Source: Geobacter metallireducens GS-15
GTDB taxonomy: Bacteria; Desulfobacterota; Desulfuromonadia; Geobacterales; Geobacteraceae
Length of the DNA stretch: 32,000 nucleotides
Direction of reading: 5' to 3'
Assembly: GCF_000012925.1 (NCBI RefSeq)
Contig: NC_007517.1
Location: forward strand, 870,001-902,000
Shown here in pieces: positions 1-8,242 of this stretch (position 1 is its first letter; each line of letters begins with the position of its first letter). A program made the position numbers and the translations under genes. The notes under the pieces are model-generated. The model saw nothing but the letters and a program-made list of their open reading frames with translations, made no database searches and was not told the DNA's origin.

Positions 1-1451
1 GGGAAGATGTCGGGGCCCCGCTGGCATTGGCTGTTGATGTTCACGCGGGAGACCTGGTTCACCAGGTGGTCCACGAGGTTCGCCAGGGTCTGGGGATCGC
101 GGCCGAAGATGCTCACCTGCTGGCCGTAGTCCGACTCCTCGATGGCGCGGATGGGGGTGCTGACGTCGGTGAAGGGAACCACCGGCACGATGGGGCCGAA
201 CTGCTCCTCGGCGTAGAGGCGCATGGCCGGGGTCACCGGATAGACCACGGCCGGGGAGAAGAAGGAGCAGTTCACGGAGCCTCCCCCGTCATTGACGATC
301 CGGGCGCCGTGGCTCCGGGCGTCTTCCAGCAGCTCTGAGAGATAGACCGCCTTTCCCGGTTCGGGAAGGGGGGTGATCATCACGCCCGGCTCCCACGGCA
401 TCCCGCAGCCGAGGGCGGCGAGGGCTCGGGAGAAGAGATTCAGGAAGTGGTCGGCCACCGATTCGTGGACGAAGATGATCTTGAGGGCGGTGCAGCGCTG
501 GCCGTTGAAGGAGAGGCTTCCGGCGATGCACTCCTCCACCGCCAGGTTCAGGTCGGCGTCGGGGAGGACGATGGCCGGGTTCTTGGCCTCGAGCCCCAGG
601 ACCGTCCGGAGCCGGTGGGGCTTGGGGTGCTCCTTGTGGAGCGCGTTGGCCGCGGGGCTCGTGCCGATGAAGGCGAGGACGTCCACCTTTCCCGACGCCA
701 TGAGCGGCGGGGTGACGGTGCGGCCGGCCCCGAAGAGGGTATTCACCACGCCGGGGGGGAAGGAGTCCCGGAAGGCTTCGAGCAGCGGTGCGAAGAGGAG
801 GACCCCGTGGCGCGGTGGCTTCAGGAGCACCGTATTCCCCATGATGAGGGCCGGAATGAGGGTGGTGAAGGTTTCGTTGAGGGGGTAGTTGTAGGGCCCC
901 ATGCAGAGGGCCACGCCGAGGGGTGCCCGGCGGATCTGCCCGATGATCCCCTCGTGGATCACGAAGCGGGAGGAGACCCGGTCCAAGTCCTTGAGGGCAT
1001 CGATGGTGTCGTCGATGTAGGTGATGGTCCGGTCGAACTCCTTGGCGGCGTCCTTTTCGGTCTTGCCGATCTCCCACATGAGGAGCCGGACCACCTCGCT
1101 CCGCCGTTCCTTCATCCTGGCCGCGAACCGTTGCACGTGGCCGATGCGGTCGGCAACGGTCATGGTGGGCCATTCACCCCTGCCGTTGTCATAGGTGGCC
1201 ACTGCCGTGTCCAGGGCCGCCATGGCGTCGTCCCCCCCCATGAGGGGAAAGCTCCCGATCCTGACCCGCTCGGGTCCGTCCGGGGTCCTGACGCAGACCG
1301 GGGAGAAGACTTCCTGGGATGCACCCTCCCAGTGGCGAAGTTCCCCTGCCACGAGGTAGGTCCGCAGTTCCACCGGGGCCGGGAGCCGGTGTTGGGGCGG
1401 GATATCCTCCGATGCGGGAAAGAGGGTTGCGATTTTTTCACTGATGGTCAT
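1..1451 (-). CDS. Aldehyde dehydrogenase family protein, non-phosphorylating GapN-like; C-terminus runs off the left window edge
   Basis: Absent from the ORF track because it is open at the edge. Minus-strand ATG at 1451-1449 is preceded by SD CCAGGAGGAGG. My translation reads MTISEKIATLFP... and continues with ALDH-like motifs GPYNYPLNE, LGLEAKNPAIV, catalytic-Cys region FNGQRCTALK, EEQFGPIVPV and QRGPDIFP at position 1. The plus-strand ORF 447..1493 is its antisense shadow. Confidence 0.85.
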   Translation of the reverse strand, partial: MTISEKIATLFPASEDIPPQHRLPAPVELRTYLVAGELRHWEGASQEVFSPVCVRTPDGPERVRIGSFPLMGGDDAMAALDTAVATYDNGRGEWPTMTVADRIGHVQRFAARMKERRSEVVRLLMWEIGKTEKDAAKEFDRTITYIDDTIDALKDLDRVSSRFVIHEGIIGQIRRAPLGVALCMGPYNYPLNETFTTLIPALIMGNTVLLKPPRHGVLLFAPLLEAFRDSFPPGVVNTLFGAGRTVTPPLMASGKVDVLAFIGTSPAANALHKEHPKPHRLRTVLGLEAKNPAIVLPDADLNLAVEECIAGSLSFNGQRCTALKIIFVHESVADHFLNLFSRALAALGCGMPWEPGVMITPLPEPGKAVYLSELLEDARSHGARIVNDGGGSVNCSFFSPAVVYPVTPAMRLYAEEQFGPIVPVVPFTDVSTPIRAIEESDYGQQVSIFGRDPQTLANLVDHLVNQVSRVNINSQCQRGPDIF

Positions 1452-1619
1452 GGGAACCTCCTCCTGGACTCAAGGCAACAAGGAAAAGGGTAATGCAGAC
1501 TCCCCGATAATCAAGGAGCCGGAGGCGCATACGACGCCATGCGGGAAATTTCTCCGTAATCTGGTAAAGTTACCGCAGACGTTGGAACCGCCTTCGGGCG
1601 GCGGGAGAGGAGGTGCGGC

Positions 1620-2429
1620 ATGGGCGGAATCAGAAAATTTGTCTGGGTGGCGGTCGCACTGGCCGGCGGCTTCCTGGGCGTGTCGACGGCGGATGCCGCG
1701 GTGCAGGGGAAGGTGGTCGAGTACCGCGACGGCGAGGTGACCATGAAGGGGTATCTCGCCTGGAACGATACGGTGAAGGGAAAACGTCCGGGTGTCCTTG
1801 TGGTGCACGAGTGGTGGGGGCTCAACGACTACGCCCGCAAGCGGGCGCGGATGCTGGCGGAGCTGGGGTATACGGCCCTGGCGGTCGATATGTACGGCGG
1901 GGGGAAAGAAGCCACCCATCCCGACGATGCCGGCGCGTTTTCCTCTGCGGTAATGAAGAACATGGACCTCATGGCTGCCCGCTTCCGGGCGGCGATGGAG
2001 TTTCTCAAGAAACAGCCCACCGTCGATGCCGTCCGCATCGGCGCCATCGGTTACTGCTTCGGCGGGGCCGTGGTGCTGAACATGGCCCGCCAGGGCCTTG
2101 ACCTCAAGGGGGTGGCCAGCTTCCACGGGAACCTCGCCACGGCAAAACCGGCCGGGCCGGGAACCGTCAAGGCAAAGGTGACGGTTTTCAATGGCGGGGC
2201 CGACACCCTTGTGCCCCCCGAACAGGTGGGGGCCTTTACCGCTGAAATGACCAGGGCAGGCGCCGCCTTCCGGTTCTTCTCCTACCCGGGCGCGAAACAC
2301 GCCTTCACGAACCCCGACGCCGATGTCTATGCCCGGAAATTCGGCCTCCCTCTCGCCTATGACGCCGCCGCCGACAGGGATTCGTGGGAGGAGATGAAGC
2401 GCTTCTTCCGGGAAGTGTTCGGACGATAG
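1620..2429 (+). CDS. Dienelactone hydrolase family protein, secreted (signal peptide)
   Basis: SD GGAGAGGAGG lies before the ATG. N-terminal signal is VAVALAGGFLGVSTADA. Motifs VLVVHEWWGLN, nucleophile region GYCFGG and C-terminal HAF are typical of DLH-fold hydrolases. Confidence 0.85.
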   Translation: MGGIRKFVWVAVALAGGFLGVSTADAAVQGKVVEYRDGEVTMKGYLAWNDTVKGKRPGVLVVHEWWGLNDYARKRARMLAELGYTALAVDMYGGGKEATHPDDAGAFSSAVMKNMDLMAARFRAAMEFLKKQPTVDAVRIGAIGYCFGGAVVLNMARQGLDLKGVASFHGNLATAKPAGPGTVKAKVTVFNGGADTLVPPEQVGAFTAEMTRAGAAFRFFSYPGAKHAFTNPDADVYARKFGLPLAYDAAADRDSWEEMKRFFREVFGR

Positions 2430-2480
2430 AGTCCCTTGCGACAACCGGATTGAAATTCACACGAACAGGATGGTCCACCT

Positions 2481-2999
2481 ATGAACTCCATTCGCACGTC
2501 TCTGCTCCTGGTTCTCACCGTCATCTCCCTTGCCGGTTGCGCCACCGCCATCCCGGTACAGCCGCCTCCCGCCGCCATCAAGGTGCCCGTCGAGACGGTC
2601 GCCAAGGGGGTCGGCGGCGCTTACTCCGAGCCCGGAACCGATACCCAGCTCGTCTGGCCCCAGATCCGTGTCATTTCCGACCAGGGGGGATTTACAGCGT
2701 TCTGGAACTCGCTCCACCGGAACGTGACACCCCCGCCGCCGCTTCCTTCCGTCGATTTTTCGCGTAATGACGTGATTGCCGTGGTGGACATGGTCCGGCC
2801 GACCGGGGGGTACGGCATCGAGGTCAAGGAGGCGCAGGAGGGTATGGATGCCATCTGGCTTACCATCATCCGGAGAACGCCGGGCAGGGGGTGCTTCACG
2901 GCCCAGTCACTGAGCCAGCCCTATCATCTGGTGGCCATCAGGAAAAGTGGCAAGCGCTGTATACCCAACTATGTCGATGTGACCTATTCCTGTCCCTAG
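2481..2999 (+). CDS. Lipoprotein with PrcB-like C-terminal domain
   Basis: Lipobox LLVLTVISLAGC. The C-terminal block RPTGGYGIEVKEA...SQPYHLVAI resembles the PrcB_C domain (recognised from memory, not searched). Confidence 0.65.
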   Translation: MNSIRTSLLLVLTVISLAGCATAIPVQPPPAAIKVPVETVAKGVGGAYSEPGTDTQLVWPQIRVISDQGGFTAFWNSLHRNVTPPPPLPSVDFSRNDVIAVVDMVRPTGGYGIEVKEAQEGMDAIWLTIIRRTPGRGCFTAQSLSQPYHLVAIRKSGKRCIPNYVDVTYSCP

Positions 3000-3499
3000 G
3001 AGTTCACGTTTTCCAGAAACAAACCGAAGAGCTCTTCGATGAAGGGGAGTTGTTCGACAAGGGCGTGGTCGCCATCCACCAGAAAGAGCCGTGCGCGGTG
3101 GCGCCGGGCGAAGCGGACGGCATTCTCCATGGGGATGACCTCATCGTGCATGCCATGAACGACGTAGGTTTTCCCCGATGGGGTGGGGTCCGGTTCGGCG
3201 TAGTCGGGAAGGTAGACGGCCGGAGCCATGAGAAAGAGCCCCGTCGGATTGACGGTCTGTGAGGCCACCGTTGCCACATAGCCCCCCATGCTGGAACCGA
3301 CGAGGACAAGGGTGCCCGTTTCGCCGGCGCACCGCTCCACGAGCCTGCCGACCCGGGCATCGGGATCGGCGAGGTCGGTGTAGTCGATGCTCTCGACGGC
3401 AAAACCCTGCGTCCGTGCCACGGTGGCCAGGGCCGAGATCTTGGTTCCCCAGGGGCCGCTCTCTTTGCCGTGGGAGAAAATGACGCGTCCTCGGCTCAT
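2996..3499 (-). CDS. Small alpha/beta-fold hydrolase (YqiA-like esterase)
   Basis: GSSMGG nucleophile elbow, HDEVIP Asp region and GDHAL His region. I prefer the internal start MSRGRVIFSHG at 3499 (SD GGAG) over the track start at 3559. Confidence 0.75.
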   Translation of the reverse strand: MSRGRVIFSHGKESGPWGTKISALATVARTQGFAVESIDYTDLADPDARVGRLVERCAGETGTLVLVGSSMGGYVATVASQTVNPTGLFLMAPAVYLPDYAEPDPTPSGKTYVVHGMHDEVIPMENAVRFARRHRARLFLVDGDHALVEQLPFIEELFGLFLENVNS

Positions 3500-3770
3500 T
3501 GCACCGCTCCGCGCAGGTTCGTCCGGACTTTTCTGCCCATGGCACCTTATGTCTTCCAACGCCTCTCCTTGTGCTGTGTCTGAGTATCTCGAACCATCTG
3601 CGGGACAGCGCTACAGTATTTTAAATCACCTCGACGAAAAATCAACGGATCCGCGTGAAACATTTACGGTAATTCTCAAGTCTCGCTCCAGCACGCCGAT
3701 ACATGAACTATGGGCCGGATCGCATCGTGCGCCTCAACTATCAATGGGGTAAGAGTCAGGCAGGGTTGAG

Positions 3771-4526
3771 ATGTTCAATCGGCTGAGGCAAGGGATTTTC
3801 TGGGATGACGCCTGGGAGGTGCTCGTCCGGCGGGATACGGTGGACCGCGAGATTCTCTGGCGTCCCTTTGGCGAGAAGGAGGGAAAGGTCTGGAGCGTGG
3901 GTGGCGACCCCTTCCATCCTTCCCTTCCGGTGGAGCAACTGGACGCCATGCTTTCGGTCGTGGCCTCGTCTCCCCAGCATCTCTTCATCACCGTCACCGA
4001 TTACCCCGAGCATTCTTTCCAGAGGCTCTACGCCACCTCGCCAGATTCCCCCTATCGCCTCCTGGAGGAGGACGATACCCTCAACAACCTCTGGTTCCTG
4101 GTCCGGATACGGGACCAGGAGGAGGCGGATCTCCGCGTCCCCGCCACTATTGCCCTCAAGAACTGCTGGGTGGCCGACGGGGTCCGGTGGCCCATGGTCG
4201 GCATCCTTGCCGAGCCCCTTCGGGGAGGACTGAACCTGCGGCAGGTGAACAGCCTCTGCCTTGCCGGGTTCGGCGCCATCGACTGGGTGGTCTGCGGGGG
4301 GGCCGGGGATGGCGACGTTCCACACCATGCCGACTGGGCGCGGGATCTCCGCGATCAGGCAGAGGAACGCGGCATACCCTTCCTCTACACCGGGAGCGGA
4401 GGGCTTCTGGACGGACGGACCTGGGACGAGATTCCCCCCTTCAGGGGAGAACCCAACCACCTCCATGTCTTTGACCACTGTCGCGCCAACCGCCAGGATG
4501 GCTCCATCCGGAGCGTAGCCGCCTGA
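3771..4526 (+). CDS. Gp37/Gp68 (DUF5131)-like protein lacking the N-terminal Cys module
   Basis: GC3-rich codon usage. C-terminal blocks IDWVVCGGAGDG..HADWARDLRDQAEERGIPF...GGLLDGRTWDEIP parallel the family pattern DWVIxGGESG..WvRxLRDQC..gvpFFFKQWG...LDGRxWdExP as I recall it. There is no CxxxCxxC-type N-terminus. Confidence 0.6.
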   Translation: MFNRLRQGIFWDDAWEVLVRRDTVDREILWRPFGEKEGKVWSVGGDPFHPSLPVEQLDAMLSVVASSPQHLFITVTDYPEHSFQRLYATSPDSPYRLLEEDDTLNNLWFLVRIRDQEEADLRVPATIALKNCWVADGVRWPMVGILAEPLRGGLNLRQVNSLCLAGFGAIDWVVCGGAGDGDVPHHADWARDLRDQAEERGIPFLYTGSGGLLDGRTWDEIPPFRGEPNHLHVFDHCRANRQDGSIRSVAA

Positions 4527-4605
4527 TACCCCACGCCCTGCCATTCCGGCACACCCTGCCAGCGATTTTTCCCTTTGGTTCTCTTCCTGGAGCACCATCC
4601 GTCGG

Positions 4606-4633
4606 TTGCGTTTCCCTCCACATTGCGTACAAT
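4606..4633 (+). promoter_or_regulatory. Candidate sigma70-type promoter for rsgA
   Basis: TTGCGT (4606-4611), 16-nt spacer, TACAAT (4628-4633), about 35 nt upstream of the ATG at 4669. Confidence 0.35.
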
Positions 4634-4668
4634 GCCGTCGTGCGACTATTCGGAGGGCGAGGTTTTTC

Positions 4669-5745
4669 ATGGATGAGTTGAAAGTGTTGGGATGGAGCGA
4701 CTGGTTTGCGGAAACGGGCCCCGAGGGGGGGGCGGATCCCGGCACCGTGGCGCGGGTGACGGCCGAGCTTCGGGGGGAGTATCGGCTGAGGGCCGCCGCG
4801 GGGGAGTTCCCGGCGCAGCTTGCCCCCCGACTCCGCAAGGGGGCTGCGGACCGCCTTGACCGCCCCATGGTCGGCGATTGGGTCGTCATTGAACCGGTGA
4901 ACGGCGGGTCGGAAGTGACGATCCACGACATCCTGCCGCGCCGGACCCTCCTTGCCCGCCGGGGCGCGGGTGGCGGGGGCGAGGTGCAGCCCATTGCCGC
5001 CAACGTGGATCTGGTCTTCATCGTCATGGGGCTCGACGGCAACTACAACCCGAGGCGTCTCGAACGGTATCTGGTGGCGGCCCGGGAGAGCGGCGCGGAG
5101 CCGGTGGTCATTCTCAGCAAGGCCGATCTCTGTCCCGACGCGGCGGAGCGGGTTGCGGAGGCGGCGGCCCTTGGCCCTGGCGTGCGGGTGGTGCCTGTCA
5201 GCTCTCTGGCCGGAGAAGGGGTATCAGCGGTGAGGGAAGTCCTGGCGTCGGGGGTGACTGCCTGCTTCGTCGGTTCGTCCGGGGTGGGGAAGTCGACCCT
5301 CGTCAACCGCCTCGCCGGGGAAGAGGTCATGGCCACCGGCGCGGTGCGGGAGCGGGACGCCAAGGGGCGCCACACCACCACCCACCGGCAGATGATCCTC
5401 CTCCCCTGCGGCGCCATCGTCATCGACACCCCCGGCATGCGCGAATTCGGCCTCTGGCAGGCGGGGGAGGGGCTCGACGCCTCCTTTCCCGAGATCGCCG
5501 AACTGGCCAAGCAGTGCCGGTTCCACGACTGCAGCCACGCCCACGAGCCCGGGTGCGCGGTGCGCGATGCCCTGGCCGGCGGAGAGATCGACCAGGGGCG
5601 CTACGCCAGTTATCTGAAGCTCAGGAAAGAGGATGAGGCGGCCGCAGCACGCGACGACGTGGCTGCCCGGCAGGAACGGAAGGGGAAGGAGCGGCGCATT
5701 GCCAAGGGGCGCCGGGTGGTTCTCCGGAAGAAGGGGGAGAACTAA
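4669..5745 (+). CDS. rsgA: Ribosome small-subunit-dependent GTPase A (RsgA/YjeQ)
   Basis: Circularly permuted GTPase order: NVDLVFIV, ILSKADL, then P-loop GSSGVGKSTLVN and DTPGMREF. C-terminal zinc knuckle CRFHDCSHAHEPGCAV. The ATG at 4669 with SD GGAGGGCGAGG is preferred over 4606. Confidence 0.92.
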   Translation: MDELKVLGWSDWFAETGPEGGADPGTVARVTAELRGEYRLRAAAGEFPAQLAPRLRKGAADRLDRPMVGDWVVIEPVNGGSEVTIHDILPRRTLLARRGAGGGGEVQPIAANVDLVFIVMGLDGNYNPRRLERYLVAARESGAEPVVILSKADLCPDAAERVAEAAALGPGVRVVPVSSLAGEGVSAVREVLASGVTACFVGSSGVGKSTLVNRLAGEEVMATGAVRERDAKGRHTTTHRQMILLPCGAIVIDTPGMREFGLWQAGEGLDASFPEIAELAKQCRFHDCSHAHEPGCAVRDALAGGEIDQGRYASYLKLRKEDEAAAARDDVAARQERKGKERRIAKGRRVVLRKKGEN

Positions 5746-5752
5746 AACTTTT

Positions 5753-6505
5753 TTATTCTATCCTCCCCGCCCGGAGAACCAGGGGCCACGAGACCTGCCT
5801 GACAAGCGCCGGGTCCCCCCAGGCTGTTGCCAGGTCCCCTGCCACGAGCTCCAACGGATCATCCCCCCTCAGCCGCCGGTATTCCTTCACCGCAGACCAT
5901 GTCTCGAAGTAGCCCATCAGGTGCCCCAGGTCCCATTCCGCCTTCATGGCAAAGGTTGGGGTCTCGATCTCGGCAAAAGGGAAGGGGAGGGTCCGGTAGC
6001 CGGCGTCCACGTGGGCCCGCTCGGGGGGCCAGTAGGGGCCTATGACGTCGCGGTAGAAGCGGCCTATGATCCGGTCGATCTCATCATCGATGGCAAGGAG
6101 CCCATAGGTGAAGGCGGCAAAGACAGCACCTCCCCGGGCTACCCGGCGCACCTCGGCGTAGAAGCGGCTGAAGTCGAACCAGTGGAGGGCCTGGGCAGCG
6201 ATCACCAGGTCGACGCTGGCGTCGGGGAGGCCGGTTTCTTCCGCCGGTGCCACCCGGTACTCCACCCGCTTGTGGGGGGTGGCGCTCTTGATCTGCCCGG
6301 CACTGGGGTCGACGGCGTAGACCCGGGCGAAGTGTTCCGCCAGGGCTACCGATGCCTGGCCGGTGCCGCAGCCGCAGTCCAGGGCCGCGTCGCGCCGCGC
6401 CGGCAGTCCCGCCAGCCAGGCGAAGAGCTCGGTGGGGTAGCCGGGGCGGTAGGAACGATAGACGTCCGATTTCTCGGAAAAATAGTCCTTGAATTGCTGT
6501 GCCAT
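5753..6505 (-). CDS. Class I SAM-dependent methyltransferase
   Basis: SAM motif I ALDCGCGTGQAS, followed by VDLVIAAQALHWF. Start MAQQF at 6505 (SD GAGAGG) sits 7 nt after the upstream CAP gene stop. Confidence 0.85.
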   Translation of the reverse strand: MAQQFKDYFSEKSDVYRSYRPGYPTELFAWLAGLPARRDAALDCGCGTGQASVALAEHFARVYAVDPSAGQIKSATPHKRVEYRVAPAEETGLPDASVDLVIAAQALHWFDFSRFYAEVRRVARGGAVFAAFTYGLLAIDDEIDRIIGRFYRDVIGPYWPPERAHVDAGYRTLPFPFAEIETPTFAMKAEWDLGHLMGYFETWSAVKEYRRLRGDDPLELVAGDLATAWGDPALVRQVSWPLVLRAGRIE

Positions 6506-6512
6506 GGTGGTT

Positions 6513-7151
6513 TTACCTCTCAGTGAACCAACCGGCAAAGTCGATGACGCAACTCGTCTCGAAAACCGGGTGGGGACCGCAGGCGATACCGGCCACCCTG
6601 AAATCGGGGGCGAAAATGTTCTTCCGGTGACCCCGGTCAGGCACTCCGTCGTCGACGATGAGCTGCATCACCACGCGACGGGCATCGTCGGGGCCGTAGC
6701 TGATGTTCTCGCCAATGGTGCTCTGCCACCGGCCGATCCGTTCGGCCCGGGCCCGCATCTCCATCCTGCCCGAGGCGTGGCCCAGGGCGCCCGTCCGTGC
6801 CTGCTCCCGGTTCAGCTCTGCGGCAACACGGGAAAGCCCTTCCGACCACGTCAGCGGGGAAAGGGGGCGTTGCGCCTCCAGAAACCGCACCGCCTCGTCC
6901 ACGGCCCGGGTCCCTTCCCTGGTGATGTATCGAATCCTGCTGCCCGGCGGGATATGGTACGTTCCCGTGAACTGGGACCGGTAGACGCGCAGGTGTTCGG
7001 CGTAGGCCTTGGGGTTGGCTCGGGCCGCGTTCAGTTCGGCGAGTACCCCCCGCGCCAGATTGTCCCCGGCCGAGGCCCGCACCGGCAGGGCGCAGGCGAT
7101 GGCCATGGCGGCGAGCATTGCCAGGGTTGCGCGCAGTGTGGTGAAAATCAT
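6513..7151 (-). CDS. Secreted CAP/SCP/PR-1-like domain protein
   Basis: Signal peptide MLAAMAIACALPVRASA. The ELNAARANP...GHASG...GENISYG...DDGVPDRGHRKNIF pattern is typical of bacterial CAP (YkwD-like) domains. Its ATG overlaps the upstream stop as ATGA. Confidence 0.8.
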   Translation of the reverse strand: MIFTTLRATLAMLAAMAIACALPVRASAGDNLARGVLAELNAARANPKAYAEHLRVYRSQFTGTYHIPPGSRIRYITREGTRAVDEAVRFLEAQRPLSPLTWSEGLSRVAAELNREQARTGALGHASGRMEMRARAERIGRWQSTIGENISYGPDDARRVVMQLIVDDGVPDRGHRKNIFAPDFRVAGIACGPHPVFETSCVIDFAGWFTER

Positions 7152-8092
7152 GGAGTATCTTCCCGGTCATTGAGGGTGCGTTTCCTCAGTCTGCACAGGG
7201 CCATTACGCTCCCGGCAACGCCAAAGAGGGCCAGGGTGGATGGCTCTGGAGCCGGATAGACTTGCACCGAGCCTGTGCCGGCGAGAACCCAGGGCGAGGC
7301 CGGCTCCGGTGAAAAAAAGGCCGGATTGATCCCGAGGTCGCAGGAAAGGACCAACGGCGTTGCAGTACCTTTTTCCAGGTCGCCGGGGTTGAAGATGGGG
7401 GAGAGTCCGTGCCCCGTGGCATTGGTCAATACTTCCAGGCCGGCGAAGGCCTGGCCTATGAAGGCTCCGTTCAGCAACTCGGCCATGGTGACGGACTGGT
7501 TGGTATGACTGTAAAAATATCCCGAATTCCCAATCCCCGCGGAGAGAAAGGGGAGTCCGTCGGTTGCCCGGGCCACGCTGTCGGCAAGGGTTCCCTCCGT
7601 CGTGAAGCTGGTGGCGCTGTTCCCCTGGTCGAGCCAGAGGGCCAGAACCGCACCCGGGTCCAGGATGCTGGCAAGGTTGACAGTGCTTGAACCGACAGTA
7701 AATGCCCCCAGGTCAGGGTTGCCGTATTCCGTGTGCACTTGGAATGACGAAGGGTTGAGGGGATCGTATGCATACTGCCCGTTCACCAGATACGGTGGGA
7801 TGCTCAGCACCTTATGGGCGTAAATCCCGGTCAGTTGCGACGTTGGGCCTGCCGTGAAAATCGTTTCCCCTCCCGCTACGATCCGGTTGACGGATATGAT
7901 TCCCACCAAGTGATCTCCCGGCGCCAGTTCCAGTCCATTCTTCATGGTTCCGTTCGAATCGAAAAGGTTCTCCACATAACTGAAGCTGAGCGTGTTCAGC
8001 GTATGGGACTGGAAGGTTGTCGCCGATGCCGGCACGGTCGTGCCGGTCAACAGCCAAGTCGTGACCAAAAATGAAAAAATCCCTTTTTTCAA
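7148..8092 (-). CDS. PEP-CTERM sorting-domain secreted protein, otherwise uncharacterised
   Basis: C-terminus YPAPEPSTLALFGVAGSVMALCRLRKR gives the PEP motif, a TM helix and a basic tail. N-terminal signal is FSFLVTTWLLTGTTVPASA. The TTG at 8092 has a strong SD (GAGGAGG, 8-nt spacer); the track start GTG at 8122 has none. GC content looks lower than in the neighbours. Confidence 0.8.
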   Translation of the reverse strand: MKKGIFSFLVTTWLLTGTTVPASATTFQSHTLNTLSFSYVENLFDSNGTMKNGLELAPGDHLVGIISVNRIVAGGETIFTAGPTSQLTGIYAHKVLSIPPYLVNGQYAYDPLNPSSFQVHTEYGNPDLGAFTVGSSTVNLASILDPGAVLALWLDQGNSATSFTTEGTLADSVARATDGLPFLSAGIGNSGYFYSHTNQSVTMAELLNGAFIGQAFAGLEVLTNATGHGLSPIFNPGDLEKGTATPLVLSCDLGINPAFFSPEPASPWVLAGTGSVQVYPAPEPSTLALFGVAGSVMALCRLRKRTLNDREDTP

Positions 8093-8242
8093 CAGTATGC
8101 CCTCCTCTGCATGGTATGCCACGTTATGTGTCCTTGATGGTAAATCGCAAGGCGTCTTTCTGTATCATGAAACCATTTTTTATGAAAATATTATTATTTA
8201 AATCCCTGGAGGGGGAGGATTCATTTCCGGAACAGGGGAAAA

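Noticed and set aside
447-1493. 348-aa plus-strand ORF, and the 294-aa minus ORF 289..1173
   Set aside because: Both overlap the ALDH gene, which gives a continuous family-typical translation in another minus frame. Their own translations are low-complexity G/R/P/E-rich with no motifs. They are high-GC shadow ORFs.
3703-3786. Small ORF MNYGPDRIVRLNYQWGKSQAGLRCSIG as a possible frameshifted N-terminus of the DUF5131-like gene
   Set aside because: It shows no convincing resemblance to the family N-terminal Cys motif, so I cannot support a pseudogene call from sequence alone.
3756-5042. 428-aa minus-strand ORF spanning the DUF5131-like gene and the 5' part of rsgA
   Set aside because: It lies antisense to two genes with clear family signatures. 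Its translation is R/P/S/A-rich without motifs, and no SD precedes it.
8106-8121. Sigma54-like TGGCAT...GC upstream of the PEP-CTERM gene
   Set aside because: GG and GC are separated by 8 nt instead of the required 10. The site would also sit on top of the SD and start codon.
8123-8242. Possible c-di-GMP/cGAMP (GEMM) riboswitch upstream of the PEP-CTERM gene, considered because such riboswitches are common in this lineage
   Set aside because: I read the minus-strand leader and found no ACGCAAAGC-type conserved core or paired P1/P2 architecture.
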